A DNA stretch of 64,000 nt, taken from the NCBI GenBank assembly GCA_040756235.1, contig JBFLZG010000006.1, forward strand, positions 1-64,000, in the 5' to 3' direction. Below the pieces are notes generated by a model. The model was given only the letters and a program-made list of their open reading frames with translations, was not told the origin of the DNA and did not search any database. Source of the DNA: a bacterium. GTDB taxonomy: Bacteria > Desulfobacterota > DSWW01. A program made the translations under genes and the position numbers. Every line of letters begins with the position of its first letter. Position 1 is the first letter of the stretch. Below, in pieces: positions 37,778 to 47,547 of this stretch.

Positions 37778-39298
37778 CTATTTCCCGCTGTCCCTGCCCC
37801 AGATGCGCGTGACGGCCACTTCCAGAGGTTCGTAGACGAGCCGCACGAGGCTCTTCTCGTCCCCGGGTGCGAAGGTCCGGGGAATGGCGAAGATGTAGGT
37901 GCGGAAGGCGACCTTCTCCTCCACCTGGTCCAGGCGATCCAGCGTGTACCCCGTCGAGCCCCAGGTGCCGTGGAGCCCGGGCTCCTTCTCGTCCGCGTGC
38001 AGGCGGTCGTCCAGGTAGAAGAGCTTCATGTTGGGTCGGATCGATTCGGTGCGCATCCTCAGGATGTTGGCCCAGCCGCCCTGCGCGCCCACCAGGAGGG
38101 CCCAGAGGTACGGTTCCCGGCTCAGGCTTTGCTCCTGAGGAGAGAGGATCCCGTCCACGAGGCAGCCCTCGGGCGCGTTCTGCGAGTTGGTCCACGCGAG
38201 CCCGACAGCCTCGCTCGTGAAATCGGTGGTGAAAAAGGCGTTCACCTTGGAGATCTTCTTCACCAGCCCCGGCAGGCTCACTTCGCCGTCGAAGTAGAAG
38301 AAGTTCGAATAGTAGTGGCTCTCCGTCTCCAGCTTGGCCTCGCCCATGAGGCTGTCCATCTTGATGCCTTTGATCACGATGCTGCTGTAGACCCGGCGGG
38401 TCACCCGGACCGGTCCGTCGCTGTATCCGAGAACGTAGGGAATGATGGCGTTCTTGGGGTCGAGGTCGAAGTGGATGAACAGGATCCGGATCTCCACACG
38501 GACCCGGAAGCCGTGGAGAAGGTCGACGCCGCTCCCGCCGGCGCTCTGCGGGACGATCCAGCAGCCGTACGCAAAGGGCTTGTCCGCATCCGGGAAACCG
38601 GTGACGTAGCGGCTCGCCCGGATCTGTTCGCTCACTCCGGCGCCCCTCGGCTCGAGCGCGTAGTCCACGTAGTCGCTTTCGGCCGGGGGGCCGGAGCCGG
38701 AAGCGGCGAGCTCGGCGCGCGGCTCTGCGCGGGCCGCCACGTATGCCCAAGCCGTGCCGCCGTCCTCCGGATCGCGAAGCTCGATCTCCGCGCCCCGGAG
38801 GAGATCGGCCGGCAGCGCCGCTTCCGGAGGGTACCGGTCGCCCGCGTCCGCGGCCATGAAGAGGACCTGGTATCTGCCGCCGAGCCGCTCGGGACGGTCC
38901 GGGTTCGGGCTGAAGTCGTAGACGGCCTTTCGCCTCACGCGGTTCACGTGCTCAGGGATGACCAGCCCGTCGCTGCCGAGCGGGTCGATCTGGGAAGGGA
39001 TCACGTGGAACCGGCCGTCGCGGTAAGCGCAAACGGCCACGCCCCCGGGGGGGCTTCCGTCGAACAGACCCTCCAGCCGTTCGCTCTCCAGGACGACCGC
39101 GTCTCTGGATCTCTCGAGGGATCTCGAGAGCGAGCCGGACGCCGCGCCGCTTTGCGCCTCGGGGGGGAGAGCTCCCGACAGCATGAAGAACAGCTGCGTG
39201 AGCGCGAGAGCGTGGCCGAGGCCGGCCCCTCCGGTGCGCACGGTCCCCGGGCCGAGCCTGGTCGTCGGGCGGATCACGAGGTCACCTTTGCGGTGCAT
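37778..39298 (-). CDS. Hypothetical protein, probably exported (start uncertain)
   Basis: C-terminal part of ORF 37778..41104 has natural composition; hydrophobic stretch then AQS; AAGGAG upstream. Confidence 0.7.
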   Translation of the reverse strand: MHRKGDLVIRPTTRLGPGTVRTGGAGLGHALALTQLFFMLSGALPPEAQSGAASGSLSRSLERSRDAVVLESERLEGLFDGSPPGGVAVCAYRDGRFHVIPSQIDPLGSDGLVIPEHVNRVRRKAVYDFSPNPDRPERLGGRYQVLFMAADAGDRYPPEAALPADLLRGAEIELRDPEDGGTAWAYVAARAEPRAELAASGSGPPAESDYVDYALEPRGAGVSEQIRASRYVTGFPDADKPFAYGCWIVPQSAGGSGVDLLHGFRVRVEIRILFIHFDLDPKNAIIPYVLGYSDGPVRVTRRVYSSIVIKGIKMDSLMGEAKLETESHYYSNFFYFDGEVSLPGLVKKISKVNAFFTTDFTSEAVGLAWTNSQNAPEGCLVDGILSPQEQSLSREPYLWALLVGAQGGWANILRMRTESIRPNMKLFYLDDRLHADEKEPGLHGTWGSTGYTLDRLDQVEEKVAFRTYIFAIPRTFAPGDEKSLVRLVYEPLEVAVTRIWGRDSGK

Positions 39299-39626
39299 CG
39301 CTGCGCGGGCCCTCTCCTTCTGATGGATGAAACGGCTCCAAATCGCCATAACGACTAGTCCATTTCCCAGCCGAACGCAACCGAGCCGCGTGAGCACTCG
39401 GCGTGTCCGCCAACCGGGGCAAGATGGCGTGCGGTGCGGCGTGAACGGGCGTCGCATCGTGGCTGCAGAGCAGACAGCCTTGGAAAGGCGTCGGTTTTGC
39501 CGTGTTTTGCTCCATGTGGGGGGGGTGGCGGTGTTGAGGATCCTTGACATTTCCTCCCTCTGAGGGACCGCCTCGGATCGCAGCGGACCCTTCAGAAATC
39601 GCGCCACTGGACCGCGCCACAGGTCC

Positions 39627-39641
39627 TGGCATGGAGCTTGC
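39627..39641 (+). promoter_or_regulatory. Sigma54 (-24/-12) promoter
   Basis: TGGCATGGAGCTTGC, GG-N10-GC spacing, about 70 bp before the first ORF of the operon. Confidence 0.7.
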
Positions 39642-39713
39642 CACGGCTTACTGGGCGAGCCGAGCGCCGTGAAGCGCGTTATCGACAGTCTGCTGAAGGG
39701 GAGGCGAGCGGGC

Positions 39714-39950
39714 GTGGCACGTTGCCCGGTGGCACACAGGAAGACTCTCTGGGATCTTGCCGAAATCGTCTGGGACGAGGTCGAACGGAGCTGGGGCCGG
39801 CATGAACAGTCGGTCCGGATCGCCGACCGGATCCTGCTCCGCCTGGTCTGCCGATACGTGCGCAACGTGGAAGTGATGACGCGCAGCGACGGCCGCCAAG
39901 CGCCTTGCGAGGAAGCCCCGGCGCCCGGACGCTCGATCGAGGACCCATGA
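39714..39950 (+). CDS. Small hypothetical protein
   Basis: GGGGAGG RBS before GTG; stop overlaps the next ATG (ATGA). Confidence 0.65.
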   Translation: MARCPVAHRKTLWDLAEIVWDEVERSWGRHEQSVRIADRILLRLVCRYVRNVEVMTRSDGRQAPCEEAPAPGRSIEDP

Positions 39951-41152
39951 CCGTGGCGGCACGGGAGACGGCCCCTTCCGTGGAGGACGAGCCGGCCGTC
40001 CTGATCGTGGACGACGAACCGGAGAGCCGGGCCCTTCTGCGCCGGAGCTTGCGCAGCCGCTACCGGCTCCTGGAGGCTGCAAGCGGGCAGGAAGCGCTTC
40101 CGTTGCTGCGCACGGCTGCGATCATGGTGATCATTGCGGACCAGCGCATGCCGGGCATGACCGGAGTGGCGTTTCTGGCAGAAGCCGTGCGGCTCGCGCC
40201 GCACGCGCAGCGGATCCTGCTCACGGCGTACACCGAGGTGGAGGGCCTGATCGAGGCGATCCATGCCGCCCGGGTCTTCGGCTACGTGGCAAAGCCCTGG
40301 CATCCGGGCGAGCTGCTCCGGCTGGTGGAGAAGGCGGGACAGACCTGGCGTCTCCTGGAGGAGAACGAACGGCTCCTGCAGGATCTCCGGGCCCAGAACC
40401 TGCAGCTGCAGGCCCTTCTGGATGAAACAAGACGGCTGGAAGCCGAAAAGATCCAGGCGGAACGGTGGGCCGCCCTCGGCCGGGTGGCCGGCATGATCGC
40501 CCACGATCTGCGAAACCCGCTGACCGTCATCCGCGTCCAGGCCGGCCTCCTGAAGGATGGGGAGATGCTCGAGAGTCAGCAGGAGCGCGCGCTCGAGGCG
40601 ATTCTGGACCAGGTGGGCTGTATGCATCACCGGCTCGAGGAGCTCCTCCTGGTGGCCAAACCCGCGGCGTGCGGGGAGCCGGCGCGTTCCTACTCCCTCC
40701 AGGTCCTGGTGCGCTCCGTGGAGGGGGCCTTCCGGGACCGGTGCCTGGCCCGCAATATCCGGCTCGAGCAGCGGCTCGCCTTCAGCGGCTGCTGCTGGAT
40801 GCGGCCGGGCCAGATGTATCGGGTTCTCGAGAACCTGCTGCAGAACGCGGTCGAGGCCTTGGGCAAGGGCGGGCGGATCCTCCTGGCCACGGACGAGGCC
40901 GACGAGCGCAACGCGGTCATCCGGGTGGCCGACTCGGGCCCGGGCATCGCGCCCGACCTCGAGGGCTCCCTGTTCCAGCCGTTCGCCACCTGGAACAAGC
41001 CGCGCGGCACCGGGCTGGGGCTGGCGATCGTCAAGAAGATCGTTGAGGAGCACGGCGGCCGGGTGTGGCAGGCGCCCTTCGAGCTGGAGGGCGCCTGCTT
41101 CCACCTGACCTTGCCGAAAGGGCCGCCGGAGGACGGGGATGTCTGCTCATAA
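39947..41152 (+). CDS. REC-histidine kinase hybrid
   Basis: IVDDE, IADQRMPGMTG, KPW; IAHDLRNPL, NAVEA, DSGPGI, GTGLGL. Confidence 0.92.
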   Translation: MTVAARETAPSVEDEPAVLIVDDEPESRALLRRSLRSRYRLLEAASGQEALPLLRTAAIMVIIADQRMPGMTGVAFLAEAVRLAPHAQRILLTAYTEVEGLIEAIHAARVFGYVAKPWHPGELLRLVEKAGQTWRLLEENERLLQDLRAQNLQLQALLDETRRLEAEKIQAERWAALGRVAGMIAHDLRNPLTVIRVQAGLLKDGEMLESQQERALEAILDQVGCMHHRLEELLLVAKPAACGEPARSYSLQVLVRSVEGAFRDRCLARNIRLEQRLAFSGCCWMRPGQMYRVLENLLQNAVEALGKGGRILLATDEADERNAVIRVADSGPGIAPDLEGSLFQPFATWNKPRGTGLGLAIVKKIVEEHGGRVWQAPFELEGACFHLTLPKGPPEDGDVCS

Positions 41153-43442
41153 GGATGAGACGCAAGTTCCGGGCCCCGCCCGCGGGCCGAAGCCCGCATC
41201 CGGTCCGGGAGCGAAGCGGCTGGGCGAGGTCCTGAGGGCCGCGGGCTGGGTCTCGGCCGAGAACCTGAAGGAGGCCCTGGAGCAGCAGCGCCGGGAAGGA
41301 GGCCGGCTCGGGAGAATCCTGGTCGAGAAGGGGCGTGTGGCCGAGCGCACGCTGCTGGAGGCTCTTGCGCAGCAGTCCGGCATGGGGATCGTGGACCTGG
41401 CCGGGCTCGAGGCCGACCCGGACGCCATCTCGTCGCTCCCCTACGGCATGGCCAAGCGGTACCGCTGCCTCCCATGGAGGCGGGAGGACCGGCTCCTGCA
41501 CGTGGCCATGGCCGAGCCTCAGGACCCGGAGCGCGTGCAGGCGGTCCAGTTCGCGTGCGGGATGCGCCTGAAGACTTATCTGTGCTCCGAGCGGGAGATT
41601 GACGTCGCCATCGAACAACACTACGGGATGGAAGACGCGGTCGATCAGATCGTGCGCAACATCGCCGATGAGGCCCGGCTGGCGGATGCCGCGACCGGGG
41701 TGCTCGTGGAGACGGACGCTCCCCGTGCCGGGGATGCCCCCGGCCCCGAGCCGGCGCGCAGCGGCGACGAGCGGGCGGCGCCGATCGTGCGCCTGGTGAA
41801 CCTGATCGTGGTGGAGGCGGTGCGCAAAGAGGCGAGCGACATCCACTTCGAGCCGGCCCAGCGGCACCTGCGGGTGCGTTTCCGCCTGGACGGTGTGCTG
41901 CACAAGAGGATGCAGATCCCGAAGTACCTGCAGCAGGCCGTGCTCAGCCGGCTCAAGGTCATGGCGCGCATGGACATCGCCAACAAGCGGACGCCCCAGG
42001 ACGGCGGCATCCGGCTGAGCGTGGAAGGGCGCCGCCTGGATCTGCGCGTCTCCAGCCTGCCCACGTTTTACGGGGAGAAGATCGTGGTGCGGATCCTGGA
42101 CCAGGCGGAGCGGCGCGCGGACCTTGGCGCCCTGGGCCTCTGTGAAGAGGACCGGCAGCGGCTCGTGGCCTGCTACCGCAAACCTCAGGGGATGATCCTC
42201 CTGACAGGGCCGACCGGCAGCGGCAAGAGCACCACGATCCAGTGCATCCTCAAGGACCTGCGTTGCGACGGGATCAACATCATCACGGTGGAGGATCCGA
42301 TCGAGTACGAGCTGGAAGGGATCAACCAGGTACAGGTGCACAAGGAGGCCGGCCTGACCTTTGCCGACTCGCTCCGGGCCATCCTGCGCCAGGACCCGAA
42401 CGTCATCATGGTCGGGGAAATCCGGGATTCCGAGACTGCTGAGGTGGCCTTCCGGGCGGCCATGACCGGCCACCTGGTGCTGTCCACGCTCCACACGAAC
42501 GACGCCGCCTCCACGGTCGTCCGGCTCGTGGACATCGGCGTGCCGCGGTTCCTGATTGCCTCGGCGCTGCTGGCCGTCTCCAGCCAGCGGCTGGTCCGCA
42601 GGATCTGCCCGGAGTGCAAGGCCGAGGACTCGATCGACCCCTCTCTGCTCGCTGAGGTGCCGCTCGCGCCGGCCGAAACCGCCCTGCTCAGGAGGGGCCG
42701 CGGCTGCCCGAGCTGCGAGTACACCGGACATCGTGGAAGGATCGGCCTGTACGAGCTCATGACCGTGACTCCCGAGATGCGGGAAGCGATCTCCCGAGGG
42801 GCCGGGGAAACGGAGATCCGCGATCTCGCCCGGGAGCAGGGAGCCAGGAGTCTGCTCGAGGACGGGCTGGAGAAGTCCCGGCAAGGCATGACCACCCTGC
42901 AGGAGGTCCTTTCGGTCGCTCACTGGGAGGCTCCGGCCGGTACGAGGGAATCGGCCTCCGCGCCCCTCTCGTGCTTCAGGAGTGTCGCCCGGGCCGATCC
43001 CGGGCGGCCCCCGAGCACGGGCCTGCCCCGCATCGTCGTCGCCGAGGACGACCCGGGTGTCCGGGAGGCGGTCTCGCTGACCCTTCAGACCCTTTGCTGC
43101 GAGGTCATCCAGGCGGTCGACGGGCTGGACGGGCAGGAGAAGATCGAGCGCTTCCTGCCGGATCTGGCGATCCTCGATATCCAGATGCCGCGGATGGACG
43201 GCTACGAGCTGCTCCAGAGGATCCGCACGCAGCTCAGGACCGCCTTCATCCCCGTGATCCTGCTCACCGCCAAGAACCGCTGCGAGGATCGCGTGAAAGG
43301 GTTTCTGCTCGGCGGAGACGACTACATCGAGAAGCCCTTCGACCACCGCGAGCTCATGGCGCGCGTGCGGCGCCAGCTCGAGCGCGCCGCGGTCCTGCCG
43401 CGAAGGAGACCCGGGGTTCAACCCGGGGCCGAGGCATGCTAG
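41139..43442 (+). CDS. PilB/GspE-family ATPase with N-terminal MshEN and C-terminal receiver domain
   Basis: Tandem RLGxxL..G motif, ASDIH, GPTGSGKST, VEDPIE, LRQDP, TGHLV.STLH, CPEC/CPSC, then AEDD..LDIQMP..KPF. Confidence 0.92.
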   Translation: MSAHKDETQVPGPARGPKPASGPGAKRLGEVLRAAGWVSAENLKEALEQQRREGGRLGRILVEKGRVAERTLLEALAQQSGMGIVDLAGLEADPDAISSLPYGMAKRYRCLPWRREDRLLHVAMAEPQDPERVQAVQFACGMRLKTYLCSEREIDVAIEQHYGMEDAVDQIVRNIADEARLADAATGVLVETDAPRAGDAPGPEPARSGDERAAPIVRLVNLIVVEAVRKEASDIHFEPAQRHLRVRFRLDGVLHKRMQIPKYLQQAVLSRLKVMARMDIANKRTPQDGGIRLSVEGRRLDLRVSSLPTFYGEKIVVRILDQAERRADLGALGLCEEDRQRLVACYRKPQGMILLTGPTGSGKSTTIQCILKDLRCDGINIITVEDPIEYELEGINQVQVHKEAGLTFADSLRAILRQDPNVIMVGEIRDSETAEVAFRAAMTGHLVLSTLHTNDAASTVVRLVDIGVPRFLIASALLAVSSQRLVRRICPECKAEDSIDPSLLAEVPLAPAETALLRRGRGCPSCEYTGHRGRIGLYELMTVTPEMREAISRGAGETEIRDLAREQGARSLLEDGLEKSRQGMTTLQEVLSVAHWEAPAGTRESASAPLSCFRSVARADPGRPPSTGLPRIVVAEDDPGVREAVSLTLQTLCCEVIQAVDGLDGQEKIERFLPDLAILDIQMPRMDGYELLQRIRTQLRTAFIPVILLTAKNRCEDRVKGFLLGGDDYIEKPFDHRELMARVRRQLERAAVLPRRRPGVQPGAEAC

Positions 43443-43523
43443 ACTCCGATCACGGCCGGAAACGTTTGGTCCGGCCCTCCTATCCAACAGACAGCAAGCT
43501 GCGACAGATGAAGGCGAGGTCGA

Positions 43524-44837
43524 ATGTACTGCAGAAAGCACCTGTCGATTGCGTGGCCTGCGGTCTGGGTCCTGCTGCTGGGGATCGCCCTCTTGTCCCT
43601 GGAAGCGTTGGCCGTGGTCGAAACGCAACCACCGGAGCCGGGACGGAATCCGAGCGCCGCGGCTCCGGGGAGCGTCGATCCTCTCTCGCCTCCTTCCGAC
43701 TCGGCCGAAGAAAGATGCCGCGGAGGCATGCAGGCCGGTATTTCCGGCCCGCGGCTCTATGACGTCGAGTTGGGGCTGGAAGTGACCGGGAGCATCCGGT
43801 TTCTGACCCGAACCCGCTATTACCGCTCCGAGGATCTCCGCCTCACGTTTGCGGCCGTCCCGGACAGGTCGAAACGGCTGCTGCTCAGCGCCCGAGGCTT
43901 GTCCGACGACCCAAACCTGCTCCATTTCGGGATCGGCGAAGGGCCGAAGAAACATCAACGTTATGTGCTCCTCGGCGCTGAGGCTTCACAGGAGGAGCGG
44001 CGCCTCATCGAGCAGCGGATCCTGGCCGAGGAGAAGATCCGCGGATGTGAAGTCGCTGACGACGCGGCGGAGGAAGAGCCGCATTCGAAGGGACCGGCGG
44101 AGGGGGACAGTCCCAGGGAAGACAAGAAGGCCTTTTTCAACTATTACCTGTGGAGAGATCCTGCGGCTTCCTTCACGTTTCAGTGGGCCCCGTCGGGCGA
44201 GGTCGCGCTGATCGAAAACCGCGTCCGGTTGGACGAGCTTTCCGGCAACGAAGGCTCCAGGGCCCATCCCCGCTTTTTCGAGATCCTCGAGTTCGCTCTC
44301 TACGCGATCCCTCCGTTCCTGGAGTCTCCGGGCCATCTCCTGGAGGCCACCCGGGGCGAGACCGGCTGGCAAGTCGACTGCGGACCCGTCCTGGAGGGGC
44401 TCGTACGCTTTTGCGAAGGGGTCTACGAACGGAAGATGGCCCTGCTCGAGCCCGCATCGCCGGACCGGCCAAGAGCCGTTTACCGGGCGCACCCGGTGCC
44501 GGCCACGTCGATCCTCCGCATCCGCGGGACGCTGCCCGAGCCCGTGCGCACGCAGGTCAGGATCAGCGGGTTCAAGGGCGAAATCCGGATCGAATCGCTT
44601 CGGAGAGAGATCCTCTTCGACTTCGCGGCCAACCGGATCCTGAAGGACGAGTTCGATATTTCATTCGGCGTGGAGCGGGACAAGAAGGTGCTGGCGGTTG
44701 CGGGCGAGAAGAACCGGGTCCACGTGACCATCGTGGACAGGTGTTTCACGCGCTGCCCCGACACCGATGACGGCATCCGCGTAGCGCACAGAGACTGCGG
44801 CTTGCCGGAGGGCGGCGGCACGAATCCGTCGCCTTGA
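43524..44837 (+). CDS. Hypothetical exported protein
   Basis: Signal-peptide-like N-terminus (ALA), GAGG RBS, coding-like codon pattern. Confidence 0.7.
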   Translation: MYCRKHLSIAWPAVWVLLLGIALLSLEALAVVETQPPEPGRNPSAAAPGSVDPLSPPSDSAEERCRGGMQAGISGPRLYDVELGLEVTGSIRFLTRTRYYRSEDLRLTFAAVPDRSKRLLLSARGLSDDPNLLHFGIGEGPKKHQRYVLLGAEASQEERRLIEQRILAEEKIRGCEVADDAAEEEPHSKGPAEGDSPREDKKAFFNYYLWRDPAASFTFQWAPSGEVALIENRVRLDELSGNEGSRAHPRFFEILEFALYAIPPFLESPGHLLEATRGETGWQVDCGPVLEGLVRFCEGVYERKMALLEPASPDRPRAVYRAHPVPATSILRIRGTLPEPVRTQVRISGFKGEIRIESLRREILFDFAANRILKDEFDISFGVERDKKVLAVAGEKNRVHVTIVDRCFTRCPDTDDGIRVAHRDCGLPEGGGTNPSP

Positions 44838-44864
44838 TCGCTTGATCTCCGTGCTGCGGCGGTC

Positions 44865-45671
44865 TCAGATCCCGTCGCTCGAGTCGCCGGACTCTTCGGG
44901 GATCGCGCTCTGCGCGAGCTCTGCCGGGTCCTGCTGGTAGTAGCGGCTCAGCTGCTCGTAGAGCTCCGGATGCCGCTGCCTCAGCTCCACGGGCCTTTCG
45001 AAGAAGCACTCGGTAGTCACGGCGAAGAACTCGGCGGGGTCGGTCGCTCCATACGGGTCGATGAAGGTCCTGCGGTTGCGCTGCACGTCCCGTTCGAGCC
45101 TGCGGAATTCCCTCCCCAGCACGCGGGACCACTCCGCGTACATGGGCCGGGGGAGGAGCGGGGCTCCGTCGGCCTCCCCGGACTCCTGGTCGAGCTGGTG
45201 CGCGAACTCGTGGAGCACGACGTTGCGGCCGCTGCCGGCGCGCATGGAGCTCTTGCGGACGTCCTCCCAGGAGAGGACCACGGTTCCCCGGTCCCACGAC
45301 TCGCCTTCCCGGACCTCCTCCCCTTCGTGGACCAGGCCGTCCGGATCCCTCTCGACTCTCGGGGCCACGTAGGTGGACGGATAGACGACGAGCGACTGGA
45401 CCTTCGGGAAATAGTCCGTCTGCCGGTGGAGCAGGAGCAGGCAGGCGTGCGCCGCGACGGTCAAGCGGATCTCGTCGCGGATTTCCAGACCTCCGCACCC
45501 CTCGAAATGCTTCTCTGCCAGGAACACGAGGATGTGACGGCGCAGCTCCTCCCGGTCCCCTTCCGGAAGGAGTGAATAGAAGGGCGCGTTCTTCTCCAGC
45601 ACCGGAAGCCACTCCGCGGGGAAGGCCCGGTTCCGGATCCGTTTTCTGCTCCAGCGCTTCAACAGAGGCAT
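44865..45671 (-). CDS. MtfA-like (M90) zinc peptidase
   Basis: FLAEKHFEGC.GL, GESW..G.VVLSW, NVVLHEFAHQLD, YGATDPAEFFAV..E.FFE. Confidence 0.9.
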   Translation of the reverse strand: MPLLKRWSRKRIRNRAFPAEWLPVLEKNAPFYSLLPEGDREELRRHILVFLAEKHFEGCGGLEIRDEIRLTVAAHACLLLLHRQTDYFPKVQSLVVYPSTYVAPRVERDPDGLVHEGEEVREGESWDRGTVVLSWEDVRKSSMRAGSGRNVVLHEFAHQLDQESGEADGAPLLPRPMYAEWSRVLGREFRRLERDVQRNRRTFIDPYGATDPAEFFAVTTECFFERPVELRQRHPELYEQLSRYYQQDPAELAQSAIPEESGDSSDGI

Positions 45672-45860
45672 GGGACGGACGAACGGCGGAGATCAACCTG
45701 CGGACCCGTTCATTCGGATCCGTCAGCCATGGGACAAGATAAGAGGCCGCCCGTCCTTCGGTCAAGAGTCTGTCCGTCAACGCCCGTCTGCCGCGCTGCA
45801 ATCATGATGACGGAGGCGGGGGGAGCCGGCCCCGGCGAAGCCCGGGGTCCACTGTGCTCC

Positions 45861-45949
45861 CACGTACTCCTCATGCCTCAGGATTTCGCGGCCTCGCATT
45901 GGAAATTTCTGAACAGTCTCCAGGAGCCGAATTCCAGGCAGGCTCCTAG
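45861..45949. mobile_element. Partial family E element with CAGGCTCCTAG tail
   Basis: Resembles 15545-15631 (ggatttcg..catt..tttctgaacag..aggagc.gaattc..caggctcctag). Confidence 0.6.
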
Positions 45950-46563
45950 GACAGGAGCCTGGACTTCAGGAATTCCCGGGCCCTGTGCTGTCGGGATTTG
46001 ACCGCGGGAATCGAAATCCCCATTTGCCTGCTGACCTCCTTGAGGGAAAGCTCGTCACCCTTGAGAGCCAGAAACACGTCCCGGTAGCCGGGAGGCAGCT
46101 CGGACAAAGCCTGATTGAGCTTCGACCGGAGCTCGGTCCGGAAGATATGGGAGAGCGGCGATGGGGTATCCTGTCCCTGTCGTTGGTTCGAAGCCTCTAT
46201 CAACAGGTCCTGTACGGCATCGTTCACGAAGAAAAGCCTGTTCCGCTTTTGCTTCCGCTCGTGCATGAGATAGGCATTGATGGTGACCCGGTAGATCCAG
46301 GTGGAGAGAGATGACCTTCCCTGAAAAGTCTTGATCTTGAGAAAAAGAGCCATGAGGACGTCCTGGAGGATGTCCTTCATGTCCTCCTGATCTCTGCAAA
46401 GCTGCCGGAGTTGCTGGAGGATCTTGGGGCGGTACCTCCTCTCCAGCTCCTCGAAGGCGCCCGCCACTTCTTGTTGTACCAGCTCGACCAGCTCGGATTC
46501 GGACGCCCAAGTCGGCAACATCGGCTGCTTCTGAGCTTGTTTCGATCTCGTTTGGCTGTTCAT
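45946..46563 (-). CDS. ECF-type sigma70 factor
   Basis: AFEEL..RY, DILQDV, FQGRSSLSTWIYRV, ALSELP, AVKSRQHRAR; AAGGAGG RBS. Confidence 0.9.
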   Translation of the reverse strand: MNSQTRSKQAQKQPMLPTWASESELVELVQQEVAGAFEELERRYRPKILQQLRQLCRDQEDMKDILQDVLMALFLKIKTFQGRSSLSTWIYRVTINAYLMHERKQKRNRLFFVNDAVQDLLIEASNQRQGQDTPSPLSHIFRTELRSKLNQALSELPPGYRDVFLALKGDELSLKEVSRQMGISIPAVKSRQHRAREFLKSRLLS

Positions 46564-46905
46564 CGTTCCAACCTCCTTGGCATTTCCCCACGGTATTTCC
46601 CGCGGGATCTGGAATTCGCTCTCAGGGTGGTCGTGTGCGTACAGATAGGTTCAGCCCCACGTAGATCCATGTTAAGTGAATTGCGGCGGGCGCAAATCAG
46701 GTGATCACTCCATTTTAAAAGCGAGCACACCCCATTCGTGCGCGGGATACACCCACTTTTTGGAGGTAAATCAGGTAGATCGAGAGAGGGTTTGACCTCC
46801 CCTGCAGGAACGGCTCAGGGTCCGGGTGGATTTCCCGGAGGCGAGTCGGGGAGAAGGGCGAATCCGGCTGAAGGGACAAGACGCGAAAGTTCAGCGGGAA
46901 AACGA

Positions 46906-46954
46906 GCGCAGCGAGGAATGCAACGCCGCAGATGGGCGTTTTGGGACAGCCTCT
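46906..46954. mobile_element. Partial family E element (one end)
   Basis: 46919-46954 is identical to 51021-51056. Confidence 0.7.
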
Positions 46955-46956
46955 GG

Positions 46957-47331
46957 CTAGGCGTTGCCGTTCAGGAGCTCATGCAGGAGAGTGATCGTCT
47001 CTTCGGGCGTTGAGCCGCCTTTGGTCAGGAACCCGTCGGCTCCTGCCTGGCGCGCTGCCTCCCGATACTCCGGGAGATCGTAGCTGGTGAGTATGATGAC
47101 CGGCAGCTTCGGGTGTCGCGCTTTGATCCTCCTGGTCACCAGAAGTCCGTTCTCTCCCGGCATCCGGATATCCATGAAGACCAGATCCGTCGGTGCGTTC
47201 TCGATGATATCGAGCACGTTCGGACCGTCCGCGGCCTCTTCGATCGTGAGATCCTGCCGGTGACTCATGAGCAGATCCCGAAGGGAGTTCCGAAACACGG
47301 CATGGTCATCGGCGATGACAACTCGATACAT
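46957..47331 (-). CDS. Single-domain response regulator (NarL-like receiver)
   Basis: VIADDH, FMDIRMP, ILTSYD, FLTK. Confidence 0.88.
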   Translation of the reverse strand: MYRVVIADDHAVFRNSLRDLLMSHRQDLTIEEAADGPNVLDIIENAPTDLVFMDIRMPGENGLLVTRRIKARHPKLPVIILTSYDLPEYREAARQAGADGFLTKGGSTPEETITLLHELLNGNA

Positions 47332-47547
47332 GATCGCGCTTCTCTTCATGGAGACAAAAGCATTCTTTACCACTTCTGCCGCCTGCCATCGATCTATCGT
47401 CATATCCTAGGAAAAACTTTACCGGAAGTCAAAGATGTGTTACATAAAGGGAAGGCTTGATTTCGCACGAGGCAAGACCTTATCTGCGCCTTTCCACCAT
47501 CTCCCTTGTCGCTCAAGGAGCGGCGGACACCGCGAGCCGGATAAGCC

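Noticed and set aside
37778..41104. Single 1108-aa minus-strand protein
   Set aside because: The 5' part is antisense to the kinase operon and crosses the promoter region; only about 37778-39298 looks coding
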